Source of the DNA: an uncultured Chitinophagaceae bacterium
GTDB taxonomy: Bacteria > Bacteroidota > Bacteroidia > Chitinophagales > Chitinophagaceae
Assembly (NCBI GenBank): GCA_963811285.1
Contig: CAWEQV010000014.1
Location: 92,879-156,878 of the forward strand
Reading direction: 5' to 3'
Length of the DNA stretch: 64,000 bases
In this document: positions 1 through 10,490 of the stretch, one piece after another
Layout: every line of letters starts with the position of its first letter
Numbering within the stretch: the stretch's first letter is position 1
Translations under genes and position numbers: made by a program
Notes under the pieces: model-generated
Told to the model about the DNA's origin: nothing
What the model saw: only the letters and a program-made list of their open reading frames with translations
Database searches by the model: none

Positions 1-636
1 AACCTTTTCTCCGGGTTTTATCAAAATGAGATCGTTGGCTTGAAGCGATTCCAATTTTACATCTTCAACCTGTCCATCAGCTTTTACCCTGTGGGCTTCG
101 GAAGGCATCATGCTCACCAGTAATTGTAATGCTTTTGATGCACCTAAAACGGATTTCATTTCCAGCCAGTGGCCCAATAACATAATGTCGATCAAAGTGG
201 CAAGCTCCCAGAAAAAATCCACTCCTTTTAAACCAAAAACTGTGGCAGTGCTATAAAAATAAGCGACAGAAATCGCCATTGCTATTAAAGTCATCATGCC
301 CGGTCCCTTCGCTTTTATTTCATCCCGAAATCCTTTTAGAAAAGGCCAGCCACCCCAGAAATAAACGACAGATGAAAGTCCAAACAGAATATACCGGTTA
401 CCCGGTAGTTGCCATTTATAATGAAAAAACATTTGGATCATCGGTGAGAAAACGAGGATCGGAATGGTGATGGCAACGCAAACCCAAAAACGTTTTTTAA
501 AATCCGCTATCATCATTTTGTGATGATCATGACCTGCCATTCCCATAGGCATATCGCCATGTTCAGCGTGATTCATTTTACTATTATCCATTTTTGGGTG
601 ATCCATTTTTGAATGTTGTATCCTGGAATGATTCAT
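1..636 (-). CDS. copB: Copper-translocating P1B-type ATPase, CopB-like; N-terminal part only, runs off window start
   Basis: Manual translation, not in ORF track: MNHSRIQHSKMDHPKMDNSKMNHAEHGDMPMGMAGHDHHKMMIADFKKRFW...GPGMMTLIAMAISVAYFYS...DFFWELATLIDIMLLGHWLEMKS...LIKPGEKV. His/Met-rich N-terminus and FFWELATLI/LLGHW motif are typical of P1B-3 ATPases. Confidence 0.88.
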   Translation of the reverse strand, partial: MNHSRIQHSKMDHPKMDNSKMNHAEHGDMPMGMAGHDHHKMMIADFKKRFWVCVAITIPILVFSPMIQMFFHYKWQLPGNRYILFGLSSVVYFWGGWPFLKGFRDEIKAKGPGMMTLIAMAISVAYFYSTATVFGLKGVDFFWELATLIDIMLLGHWLEMKSVLGASKALQLLVSMMPSEAHRVKADGQVEDVKLESLQANDLILIKPGEKV

Positions 637-654
637 TCAATCTAGCTTTTAAAT

Positions 655-765
655 TTACTTCCTGCCCCGGTTTCTAAAAATCAGGAAGACTATCAGAATT
701 ACGACTATGACAACTATCCACATTCCATAGCCCATTCCCCAACCCCATGAATTATTGTGCATCAT
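655..765 (-). CDS. Small 36-aa single-TM membrane protein
   Basis: Manual translation MMHNNSWGWGMGYGMWIVVIVVILIVFLIFRNRGRK*; hydrophobic helix plus basic tail; fills the gap between the Met-rich lipoprotein and copB in the same orientation. Confidence 0.7.
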   Translation of the reverse strand: MMHNNSWGWGMGYGMWIVVIVVILIVFLIFRNRGRK

Positions 766-896
766 TTGATTTATTTATTTTAATCTGTCGGTTAATTTGT
801 TGGAATAAGCAGAATAATTAACCCCTTTAAATACCTGTTGCAAGCTGCAACAAGGATAATTTCATGTCCATTTCATGTCCATTTTTTCAAGTGATA

Positions 897-1361
897 TTAC
901 TTATTCATCATACTCTTTCCACCCATCATTCCCTTTTGCTGCATCATATTCTGCATCATCTGCATTGATTTTGGATTTTGGGCCATCATATTCAACATCA
1001 TGCCCATCATGGCAGGGTTTTGCGCCATCATATTGTACATATTCTGAACTCTTGTACTGTCACCTCCTGTCATATTCATCCCCTGCATATTGCCATTCTG
1101 CATCATTTGTCCGTTTTGCATCATGTGCCCATTTTGCATCATGCTGCCGTTTTGCATCATCTGCATAGCTTGCGGATTACTCCTTATATGATCCATCATG
1201 TTAGTCATCAGTTGTGGATTATTGGAAATTTCAGTCATGATAGAGTCGCGCATGGTATTATCTTTCAATAATTCTGATGCAGAAGGAATGGACCGTTGAG
1301 CACAGGATGAGGCTGCGATTGCCAGGCCAATTACGATTAATATCGTTTTTAAATTTTTCAT
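897..1361 (-). CDS. Met/Gln/Asn-rich lipoprotein, putative copper-binding protein
   Basis: Lipobox AIAASSC at Cys20; about 36 of 154 residues are Met; NGxMMQ repeats; lies inside the copper ATPase cluster. Confidence 0.75.
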   Translation of the reverse strand: MKNLKTILIVIGLAIAASSCAQRSIPSASELLKDNTMRDSIMTEISNNPQLMTNMMDHIRSNPQAMQMMQNGSMMQNGHMMQNGQMMQNGNMQGMNMTGGDSTRVQNMYNMMAQNPAMMGMMLNMMAQNPKSMQMMQNMMQQKGMMGGKSMMNK

Positions 1362-1381
1362 TTTTGATAATTTTATGGTTA

Positions 1382-1598
1382 CTAATTTTGTTGCAAGATT
1401 TTTTTCTTTTCTTCAAACTCTTCAATACTGATTTCGCCGTTTGCTAATTTTTTCTTGAGAATTTCCATCGGGGTATCCTTCTTTCTTCGCTGACCGGGAA
1501 TATCCCAGGGAGTAACAAAAATCCAGATGATTATTATGATCCAGATGATCCACCAAAAAAAAGTGCATGCCGACGAAATAATTGTTGTAGTGATGCAT
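1382..1598 (-). CDS. SHOCT-domain small membrane protein (probable +1 homopolymer frameshift near 1560)
   Basis: Likely true N-terminus MHHYNNYFVGMHFFWWIIW..., restored by removing one T from the T8 run; C-terminal PMEILKKKLANGEISIEEFEEKKKIL is SHOCT-like. Confidence 0.8.
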
Positions 1599-1716
1599 GA
1601 TTTCAATAATTAAATTGTTGAATTTTTATTTGTTTACTGAAAACAAAGTCTGCTGACAGATTATTACACATCATAAACAGTTACACTCTTTTAATTCCTA
1701 TACATCTATAGGGATT

Positions 1717-3904
1717 TCAGGATAATTTTATCCACTTCAATCTTAAACTATTACTTACAACACTTACAGAACTTAAAGCCATTGCGGCACCGGCTATCAT
1801 TGGATTTAATAAGAAGCCTGTGAAAGGATATAATATACCTGCGGCAATAGGTATGCCAACAATATTGTAAATAAAGGCCCAGAACAGATTCTGCCGTATT
1901 ACTTTCACTGTTTGCTTCGACAATTGAATAGCTTTTGGAATATGCAAAAGATCAGATGAGATCAATGTCATTTTTGCTACATCCATCGCGATATCAGTTC
2001 CTTTTCCCATCGCAATGCTCACATCAGCAAGCGCCAGGGCATGGCTGTCATTGATACCGTCTCCAACCATAGCCACTTTTTTGCCTTGCTGTTGTAATTC
2101 TTTTAAAAAATCTGCTTTACCGGATGGCAACATCGCAGCCCTGAAATTCCTGATTCCTACTTTTTCAGAAACAGCGGCAGCCGTTCTTTCATTATCGCCG
2201 GTAAGCATATAAACTTCAATTCCCATTTGCTGTAATTCCCTTACTGCTTCTTTTGAGGAATCTTTGATTTTATCCGCGATTGCAGCAGCAGCCAATGCAT
2301 TTTTTTCATCTGCAAACCATATAACGGTGCTGGCATTGTTCAACCAATCTCCTGCCTTGGTTTTTAATTCGGCAGGAATTGCGACATGCTTTTCTTGCAT
2401 AAATTTGGAACTGCCGGCGTAATATTTTTGATGATCAATAAACGCTGAAATACCAGCACCGGTAACACTTTCAAAAGATTCAGGAGTAATTTTTTCAATA
2501 TTTTGTTGCTTAAAATATTGAGCAATGGCATCCGCCAAAGGATGTTCGGATTGAGATTCCAGGGAATAAAAAATAGAAGCGTTTAAATTTGTGTTTATGC
2601 CGTTGGCCCACAAAATATCGGTTACCTGCGGACGGCCTTCCGTGATCGTTCCTGTTTTATCAAGGATAATCGCGTTTATGTTTTTTGCCTGTTCCAAACT
2701 CTCAGCATCTTTTATTAAAATTCCATTTTCTGCACCTCTTCCGACGCCTACCATTATGGCAGTTGGCGTTGCCAAACCTAATGCACACGGACAGGCAATT
2801 ACCAACACAGTGATCATCGCCAGCAGGCCATGAGTAACCGCATTATCGCCTCCTGCAACCATCCAAATAATGAAATGACAGAATTGAAATGCCCATTACC
2901 ACCGGCACAAATATTCCAGCGATCTTGTCGACTAATTTTTGAACCGGCGCTTTACTTCCCTGGGCGTCCTTAACGGTTTTGATGATATGCGCCAAAAGTG
3001 TATCTGCTCCCACTTTCGTGGCTTCAAAAACAAAACTTCTCTTCTGATTGATGGTGCCTGCAAAAACTTTTTCACCTTTCTTTTTTTCAACCGGAACAGG
3101 CTCTCCGGAGATCATACTTTCATCGACAAATGAATTTCCGGAATATACTAATCCATCTACAGCAATTTTATCGCCCGGCTTTACGAGCACTTTGTCTGCA
3201 ACCTGCACTTCTGAAATTTTGATGGTTTTCTCCGCACCATCTTCGGTAATAACTGTTACTGTTTTAGGTTGCAGCCCTATCAATTTTTTTATGGCAGAAG
3301 AAGTATTTGATTTTGCTTTTTCTTCCATCATTTTACCGAGTAAAATAAAACTGATCACCACAGCCGCGGCTTCAAAATAAACATGCGCTTCCAGGCCTCT
3401 GTTAGTCCAGAATTCCGGGTATAAAGTATTGAAAACACTGAAGAGGTAAGCGATTCCCGTACTGAGCGCGACCAGCGTATCCATATTTGCGGAAGCATGT
3501 TTTGCCTGTTTCCAAGCGTTAATAAAAAATTGCCTTCCGAAAATCAAAACCACCGGCGTAGCCAATGCCCACATGATAAAGTCAGCATAAGGAATGTTGA
3601 TAAAAAACATTCCTATTAAAACGATCGGCACAGAAAAAATAACTGACAGGATCGTTCTTTTGCGAAGCGTATTGTAATAACTTACTTTTTGTTCATTCAC
3701 TGCTTCTTCACTTTCTTCCGATTCATCGATCACCAGATCATAGCCCGACGCTTGCACAGATTGTTTAAAATGATGCACATCAGCAACCGTTGGTACATAT
3801 TCAACAGAAGCTTCTCCATTGGCATAATTCACGGCTGCTTTTACCACACCCGGTTCTCCTTTTAAAGTCGTTTCAACGCTGGCAGCACATGAAGCACAGC
3901 TCAT
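1717..3904 (-). CDS. copA: Cu(I)-translocating P1B-1 ATPase CopA; two ORFs joined across a frameshift near 2850-2865
   Basis: HMA MSCASC, A-domain [36 protein letters not shown] and MALSS transmembrane motifs. Confidence 0.93.
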
Positions 3905-4067
3905 CCCTGTAACAGGAAACGATTTTCTTATGGTTTTTATTATCTATTTCAGCGTACCTCCATTCTTTGTCTTTTTTGAAAACAAAGTTCCCCGGCTATT
4001 ATTTTTTTATGCAGTATAGATTCTTGTGAAAAATGTGCAGATAAATGAAAGATAAAGGTGCAGTAAA

Positions 4068-4646
4068 TCAACTTTTTTTATCAATTCCTACTTTATCAAT
4101 CGTTTTCCGGAGGGAAGTTCCGAGAGATTTAAATGCGGTAGGTGTCATTCCGGTAAGTTTTTTAAACTGGCTTGAAAGATGCTGAGTGCTGCTGTAGCCA
4201 AGGTTTAGAGCGATTTCACCCAGGGAAAGTTCATTGTAGGTAAGCCATTCCTTTGTCTTTTCGATTTTTTGCAGAATAAAAAAATGCTCAATCGTAATTC
4301 CTTCTACTTCTGAAAAAAGTTTACTGAGAGAAGAATAGTCTTTCAATATTTTTTGGCGTACAAATTTTTGAATACTGAAATGTTCTTCAATATCACCTTG
4401 CTGCACTTTTTCAATAAGCAATGTTTTTATTTTCTCAATTATCCTCGTTTTCTGATCATCCAACAATTCAAATCCCACTTTTTCAAGATCAGCTGAAAGC
4501 TTTTGCAATTGGGCATTTGAGACATCCTTCACCAGCTCTACTTCGCCCAGTTGTACAAACTTTGTCTGCAGTTTATTTTCTTTTAAAATTTGTTCCACGC
4601 TCGTTATGCAGCGTGGGCAAACCATATTTTTTATAAAGAGTTTCAT
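4068..4646 (-). CDS. AraC-family regulator with N-terminal HMA-like CxxC domain
   Basis: NMVCPRC at N-terminus; C-terminal IALNLGYSSTQHLSSQFKKLTGMTPTAFK AraC HTH; directly upstream of copA. Confidence 0.9.
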   Translation of the reverse strand: MKLFIKNMVCPRCITSVEQILKENKLQTKFVQLGEVELVKDVSNAQLQKLSADLEKVGFELLDDQKTRIIEKIKTLLIEKVQQGDIEEHFSIQKFVRQKILKDYSSLSKLFSEVEGITIEHFFILQKIEKTKEWLTYNELSLGEIALNLGYSSTQHLSSQFKKLTGMTPTAFKSLGTSLRKTIDKVGIDKKS

Positions 4647-4913
4647 TTGTTCTTAAAAAGTAAAAATAGGTTCATTTCTTTGCTTATAACTATTTCTACA
4701 AATATCGATAAGAGATAAGGAAGGATACTACCGTCAGGCAACAAAATCTTATCAATAGTAACAATTGTCCTATTATTGATGGAATTTCTAAAACCAAGGG
4801 TGAATTTGTTTCTTTTATCAATTTAAAACCGGCTTACATAAATTAATTTTTTTAGCTTCGTTTTGTCTTTATTATCGAAATTGCTTTTAATGCTAATTCA
4901 AAACAAAATCCAC

Positions 4914-6431
4914 ATGCAATTAAAATTTCTAAAACCTTTTTTATTCACCATTATTTTCAGCGCATTTTTATTCTTTTTATCATCGGCACAGTCGCAAGCT
5001 AAGGAAGAAGCGCCTTTTAAACCTAACAAGGAATCGCTGCATCAATACAAATATCCAGAATGGTTTCGCGATGCCAAATTTGGATTCTGGGCACACTGGG
5101 GGCCACAAGCTGTTCCGCGACAGGGCGATTGGTACGCAAGAAAAATGTACCAGCAAGGGAGCGATGATTATAATTATCACGTAGCGCATTATGGCCATCC
5201 GTCTAAGTTTGGCTACAAGGATATTATTCCTTTATGGAAAGCGCAGCGATGGAATCCTGAAAAACTGATGGCACTTTATAAGAAAGCCGGCGCAAAATAT
5301 TTTGTAAGCATGGGCACGCATCACGATGATTTTTTTCTTTGGAATTCAAAAATTCATAAGTGGAATTCAGTGAACTATGGGCCTAAAAAAGATGTGGTAG
5401 GAATATGGCAGGCAGCGGCAAAAAAAGAAGGATTGAAGTTTGGCGTATCTGAACATTTGGGCGCAAGCTTTACCTGGTTTCAGCCCAGCCATGGCGCAGA
5501 TACTTCCGGGCCGATGAAAGGTGTTCCTTATGATGGCGCTAATCCTATGTACCAGGATTTGTATCATGCCAAAGCAGATTCCAATGATCATGGATGGTTA
5601 AGCATCAATAAAGAATGGCAAAGAGAGTGGCTTTTCAGCGTTAAAGAATTAATAGACAATTATCATCCAGACCTGCTTTATTCCGACAGTCAGTTGCCTT
5701 TTGGAGAATATGGTGAAAATATGCTGGCTCATTTTTATAATCAAAACATGGCCGAAAATGGTGGAAAATTAGAAGCGGTTTACACATGTAAACAACCTTC
5801 GGATGGCATGTGGGTGCAGGACCTGGAACGCGGCGTGCACGATTCGATCAGCCCTTTTCCCTGGCAGACAGATACCTCCATCGGAGATTGGTTTTACCGT
5901 ACCGGACAAAAATATAAGACCGCCACAGAAGTAATTCAAATGTTAGTAGACATAGTAAGCAAGAATGGGAACCTGTTAATTAATATTGTTCAAACACCTG
6001 AAGGTGATTTGGAACCTGATGTGATCAATATTGTAAACGAGATAGGCATGTGGACTTCCGTAAATGGCGACGGAATTTATGGAACGCGCCCATGGAAAAT
6101 ATATGGAGAAAAACCTGCTACGGAAACTGTTGTAAAAAGTGGAAATTTTAATGAAGGTAAACTAAAATACAGTGCACAGGATATTCGCTTCACCACAAAA
6201 GGAAATGACTTGTATGCATTTTGTTTAGGTCAACCAACAACAGATATTACTATTAATTCTCTCGGAAAAGATTCAAAAAATCTTGATAAGAAAATAGCCT
6301 CTGTCACTTTGCTGGGAGGCAATACAAAAATTCATTGGAAACAGAAGGGCAATGCACTAATTATCAAAAAGGATTTTAAAATGCCGGTAGAAAAAGTTCC
6401 GGTTCTTGGTTTCAAAATCGAATTAAAATAA
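4914..6431 (+). CDS. Alpha-L-fucosidase, GH29
   Basis: WFRDAKFGFWAHWGPQ, HHDDFFLW, QMLVDIVSKNGNLLIN motifs; signal peptide ending AQSQ; start moved to MQLKF. Confidence 0.9.
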   Translation: MQLKFLKPFLFTIIFSAFLFFLSSAQSQAKEEAPFKPNKESLHQYKYPEWFRDAKFGFWAHWGPQAVPRQGDWYARKMYQQGSDDYNYHVAHYGHPSKFGYKDIIPLWKAQRWNPEKLMALYKKAGAKYFVSMGTHHDDFFLWNSKIHKWNSVNYGPKKDVVGIWQAAAKKEGLKFGVSEHLGASFTWFQPSHGADTSGPMKGVPYDGANPMYQDLYHAKADSNDHGWLSINKEWQREWLFSVKELIDNYHPDLLYSDSQLPFGEYGENMLAHFYNQNMAENGGKLEAVYTCKQPSDGMWVQDLERGVHDSISPFPWQTDTSIGDWFYRTGQKYKTATEVIQMLVDIVSKNGNLLINIVQTPEGDLEPDVINIVNEIGMWTSVNGDGIYGTRPWKIYGEKPATETVVKSGNFNEGKLKYSAQDIRFTTKGNDLYAFCLGQPTTDITINSLGKDSKNLDKKIASVTLLGGNTKIHWKQKGNALIIKKDFKMPVEKVPVLGFKIELK

Positions 6432-6649
6432 AAAAATGATGTACTCTTAGCCTTGGTTTCCGGAACACAACACAATTGTATAAAGTGTGTTCCTCGTTGG
6501 TCTCTGCCAGTCGGTTCTACCTGTAGCAAACAAATGACGGATATATCCGCCTGTATTTTCTTGGTATCCCCTGGCTAACTTTCCTAAGTGGTTTCGTTTT
6601 ACTGTCTGCAGCTACATTAAATAAATATGGATTGATTAATTTTGCACGC

Positions 6650-7921
6650 ATGCAAAATGGAAGAACCGTTGCCCTGCATACGTTAGGCTGCAAATTAAAT
6701 TATTCGGAAACTTCAGCAGTTGAAAGATTGCTGGAAGAAGATGGATTTGTAAAAAAAGAATTTACAGATAAGGCTGATGTATATGTGATCAACACATGTT
6801 CTGTTACTGAAAATGCAGATAAAGAATGCCGGCAATTAGTAAGGCGCGTTCAAAGAAAAGCGCCGGAAGCGATGGTGGTTATAATGGGCTGTTATGCGCA
6901 ATTAAAACCAAAGGAAATTGCGGAAATTCCGGGAGTAGATTTGGTTTTGGGTGCTGCCGAAAAATTTAATATTACCTCTCATTTAAAAGAACTCACTCAT
7001 GGCAATAGCGCCAAAATCTGCAGTTGTGACATTGAAGATGTGGAAGGTTTTCATTCTTCTTTTTCCATAAACGACAGGACAAGAACTTTTTTAAAAGTGC
7101 AGGACGGCTGCGATTATAACTGTTCCTTCTGTACGATTCCAATGGCCCGCGGAAAAAGCAGGAGCAATTCAATAGAAAATGTTTTATCTGAAATACAAAA
7201 AATTAAATCCGCCGGAGTAAAAGAAATTGTACTCACAGGAATTAATCTCGGCGATTTTGGTAAAGATGGAAGTGGAAATAAAACCGGAGACAATTTCTAT
7301 TCATTATTGAAAGCGATTGAAGAATTTGACGGAGTGGATCGTTATCGGATTTCGTCAATAGAACCGAATTTATTATCAGAAGAAATAATTCGTTTTGTTG
7401 CTGGAAGCAAAAAAATAATGCCCCATTTTCATATTCCTCTTCAAAGCGGAAGTAACAAAATCCTCAGAATGATGCGCCGGCGCTATAAAAGGGAATTATA
7501 TGGAGAAAAAGTCGGGCTGATAAAAAAATTAATTCCTGATTGTTGCATTGGCGTGGATGTGATTACAGGTTTCCCCGGCGAATCAGAAACTGACTTTAAA
7601 GAAACCGTTGACTTTTTGCTTTCGCTTGATATTTCTTACCTGCATGTGTTCACTTATTCTGAAAGGGCCAATACCCATGCGTTAACTATTGAACCGGCGG
7701 TTCCGATTCATACCCGTCATGAGCGCACAAAGATTCTTCGTTCGTTATCTTATAAAAAGATGCAGCAATTTCTTGCTTGTAATAGCGGCGAAACAAGAAA
7801 AGTTTTGTTTGAAAGTAAAAATAAAAACCGCATGATGGAAGGTTATACGGATAACTATATTAAAATAACCACACCTTACAAAGAAGAGTGGACCAATGAA
7901 ATAATAGACTGGAAAATTTAA
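6650..7921 (+). CDS. mtaB: tRNA t6A37 methylthiotransferase MtaB
   Basis: HTLGCKLNYSE, INTCSVT, radical-SAM QDGCDYNCSFC, HFHIPLQSGS; TAATTTTG -7 element just upstream of the ATG at 6650. Confidence 0.92.
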   Translation: MQNGRTVALHTLGCKLNYSETSAVERLLEEDGFVKKEFTDKADVYVINTCSVTENADKECRQLVRRVQRKAPEAMVVIMGCYAQLKPKEIAEIPGVDLVLGAAEKFNITSHLKELTHGNSAKICSCDIEDVEGFHSSFSINDRTRTFLKVQDGCDYNCSFCTIPMARGKSRSNSIENVLSEIQKIKSAGVKEIVLTGINLGDFGKDGSGNKTGDNFYSLLKAIEEFDGVDRYRISSIEPNLLSEEIIRFVAGSKKIMPHFHIPLQSGSNKILRMMRRRYKRELYGEKVGLIKKLIPDCCIGVDVITGFPGESETDFKETVDFLLSLDISYLHVFTYSERANTHALTIEPAVPIHTRHERTKILRSLSYKKMQQFLACNSGETRKVLFESKNKNRMMEGYTDNYIKITTPYKEEWTNEIIDWKI

Positions 7922-7986
7922 TTGGTTTGTTATTTGCTAACTATAATTTTTTTCAGAAATTTTAATTCACTTAGTAAAATTACAAA

Positions 7987-8109
7987 ATGAATAAATTGGT
8001 AAGGGCGCTAATAGCTGGTTGGGGCGCTAAAAAATTAGGAGGCGGCTGCCTCGGAACGATTGTGGTTTTCTTTATCATTTATATGTTATTGGGTCATGTA
8101 CATTGTTGA
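7987..8109 (+). CDS. Small 40-aa membrane protein (GGGCLGT motif)
   Basis: Manual translation MNKLVRALIAGWGAKKLGGGCLGTIVVFFIIYMLLGHVHC*; A-rich translation-initiation region upstream; terminator hairpin downstream. Confidence 0.65.
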   Translation: MNKLVRALIAGWGAKKLGGGCLGTIVVFFIIYMLLGHVHC

Positions 8110-8126
8110 GATCATGGCAAAAAATA

Positions 8127-8157
8127 ACGGGTTCTTACTCCATAGTAAAAAACCCGT
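8127..8157. terminator. Hairpin between convergent genes, probably a bidirectional intrinsic terminator
   Basis: acgggtt-c-ttact-ccat-agtaa-aa-aacccgt. Confidence 0.6.
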
Positions 8158-8185
8158 CTTACCAGTTTATAAAAAATACTGATCC

Positions 8186-8710
8186 TTAAGCGTGTTCAGC
8201 TTCCATGGCTTCTTCATTCACTGTTGATTCAGCCACTTGGGTGAGTTTATCATCTGCGTCTCTTTCTTCAGTTAATGTCTGCTCCAAAAGTTGAGCAATT
8301 TCATTCTTGCCCAAAGTTTTTGCAAATGCATGTAACGTGCCATAGGAAGCAATTTCATAATGTTCCACTTTTTGAGCAGCGGAAATAATTCCCGCATCTC
8401 TCACAACACCATCTTCGGTGTTATCCATTATTTCCTCAGCTTCTTTTATCAGCCCTTCCATCGCCTCGCATTTTTTTGCCCTCGCGGGTTTGCCCATCAT
8501 GTCAAAAATCTTTTCACACCTGTCCACATGCCCTTTGGTTACTTCCAGATGTCCCTGCAAACCCTTTATCAGATCCTGTGAAGTGGAGTTTTTGATCATT
8601 TTCGAAAGCGCTTTCGTCTCTGCTTTCTCTGCCCAATAAATGTCTCTTAGTTCATCTATGAATAAATCACGAAGTCCTTCTGCTGTTTTTGATTTACCGT
8701 TCGTTTTCAT
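8186..8710 (-). CDS. Ferritin-like DUF892 (YciE/YciF family) stress protein
   Basis: LRDIYWAEK, HLEVTKGHVDR, KKCEAMEGLIKE, AAQKVEHYEIASYGTL, TLTEERDAD motifs. Confidence 0.92.
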   Translation of the reverse strand: MKTNGKSKTAEGLRDLFIDELRDIYWAEKAETKALSKMIKNSTSQDLIKGLQGHLEVTKGHVDRCEKIFDMMGKPARAKKCEAMEGLIKEAEEIMDNTEDGVVRDAGIISAAQKVEHYEIASYGTLHAFAKTLGKNEIAQLLEQTLTEERDADDKLTQVAESTVNEEAMEAEHA

Positions 8711-8973
8711 GGTTAAAAGTTTAAAAGTTGATGAATAAATTCTGATTACAAATGATGGAAAAACATGCCAGAATTTGTAAGAGTATTGATTTTTTTATTC
8801 ATCCATATAAAATGCTATTGAACGATAAATGAATGGCTACCTTAAATCTTAAAAGAAAATTTTCAGACTTACGGTAGCTGACTGTCATCTTTCAAGCGCT
8901 ATTAAAAAATTCTACACTTTACAGTTGGGTTTGAGGATTTTGTTACTCAGGCGGAAAAAATACCAGATAATTT

Positions 8974-9647
8974 TTGCTCCTTTTACTGGATGCTTCTGTA
9001 ACATCCCGCATTCCTACACGCAACAATCGTGATAACCGTTATTTCACTGATTCATACCAGGCGATTCCTTTGCATGGATATACAAGGATGTTTGAAAAAA
9101 TGCTGGAAAGCCCGAATATAAAAGTGTTTTTAAATACTGATTATAAAGAAATACTGAATGCAGTTTCTTTTAAAAAAATGATTTACACCGGACCGATCGA
9201 TTATTACTATGACTATTGTTATGGAAAACTTCCCTACCGTTCGCTGGAATTTAAATTTGAAACACTGGAACAAAAAGTTTATCAACCTACAGGACAGTAA
9301 ACTATCCTAACGAGCAACCTTATACCCGGATAACCGAATTTAAATATTTAACCGGTCAAAAACATCCTAAAACCTCCATCGTATATGAATATCCAAAAGA
9401 TGAAGGTGACCCCTATTACCCTGTACCCCGGCAGGAAAATGCAGCGTTGTACAAGAGGTACCAACTTCTCGCCTCAGGTGAAAAAAATGTATACTTTGCC
9501 GGAAGGCTGGCCACTTATAAATACTACAACATGGACCAAGTAGTGTATGAACCTTACGTAAAAATAAAAACGAAAGTGCTTTCAAACTCGGATGCAGCTT
9601 TGCTTTTGGCCAACCAATATGTAGAAATTATTCCCGAAATAAATTAA
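8974..9647 (+). pseudogene. glf: UDP-galactopyranose mutase, C-terminal remnant
   Basis: LDASVTSRIPTR, RYFTDSYQAIP, YTRITEF, PYYP, GRLATYKYYNMDQVV present; N-terminal FAD-binding region absent; frameshift at about 9297; unrelated tail after DQVV. Confidence 0.8.
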
Positions 9648-9816
9648 ATTTCAACACTTCTACATCCAGAACCCGTTTTCATATCCTCGCAACTTTTATC
9701 TTTTCAAACTTAAACAGTAGTTGAAAGAGGAATGGTAAAAAAAATTAAAGCGTAATGGCACAATCTTTTATTATTTCTATGTAAGATATTTTGAACACCC
9801 TATAAAAACTTGAATT

Positions 9817-10389
9817 ATGAAAAAAACAATTCTCTTTGTTGTATCAGCCCTGTTTTCTTTTGCTATCAAATCGCAAAATGTAGTCGTTGGCGCTGATAAT
9901 TCTTTCACAACTTCCCTTAATAATTACTCAACTTACGCATGGTCAAAAAATATTGACCGGATTCCTTCAGACCAGATTTATGTAAGCCCCAGCGGTGTTT
10001 ATGTATTTAATAATGAGTCAGTAAGGAGCAAAATCAAGAACGCGATTGAATTTGAATTAAGTGCAAAAGGATATAAAAAAGACCAAAGCAATCCTGATTT
10101 GCTGGTACTCTTTACAGTAACGGAAAGACCGGGAAATTTGAGAACCTACAATGGTTTTCAAATGGTGTATAATGGCCTCGATTCAGTAAGGACTCCTCAA
10201 AATGTACAAACTACAAAAATAGATGCCGGAACAATCATCATTAATATTCTTGATGCTAAATCCGGAAAAGTGGCATGGCAGGGTTATGCTTCAGGAATTT
10301 TAAAACCGCAAATGATTAATGATGAATCCCAGGTAAGGCAAGCAGTAGCTTCCATCTTTAAGAAATTCAGCTTCAAAGCAAAACAATAG
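9817..10389 (+). CDS. DUF4136-like secreted protein
   Basis: Signal peptide; IKNAIEFELSAKGY, PDLLV, GTIIINILDAKSGKVAWQGYA pattern. Confidence 0.75.
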   Translation: MKKTILFVVSALFSFAIKSQNVVVGADNSFTTSLNNYSTYAWSKNIDRIPSDQIYVSPSGVYVFNNESVRSKIKNAIEFELSAKGYKKDQSNPDLLVLFTVTERPGNLRTYNGFQMVYNGLDSVRTPQNVQTTKIDAGTIIINILDAKSGKVAWQGYASGILKPQMINDESQVRQAVASIFKKFSFKAKQ

Positions 10390-10490
10390 TAAACAATTGC
10401 AGCTTTCACAGGCTTGTGGCAACAAAATTGCAACAAGAAAAAACGGATCTATTGGTCCTCTCTCAGAATTTGAGAATAAAAAAAAATACA

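Noticed and set aside
875-1271. His-rich plus-strand ORF (MGHHIQHHAHH...) resembling a metal-binding peptide
   Set aside because: CAT codons are the reverse complement of the many ATG codons in the Met-rich lipoprotein.
6440-6610. Coding-like stretch between GH29 and mtaB
   Set aside because: No start, no recognisable motif in any frame.
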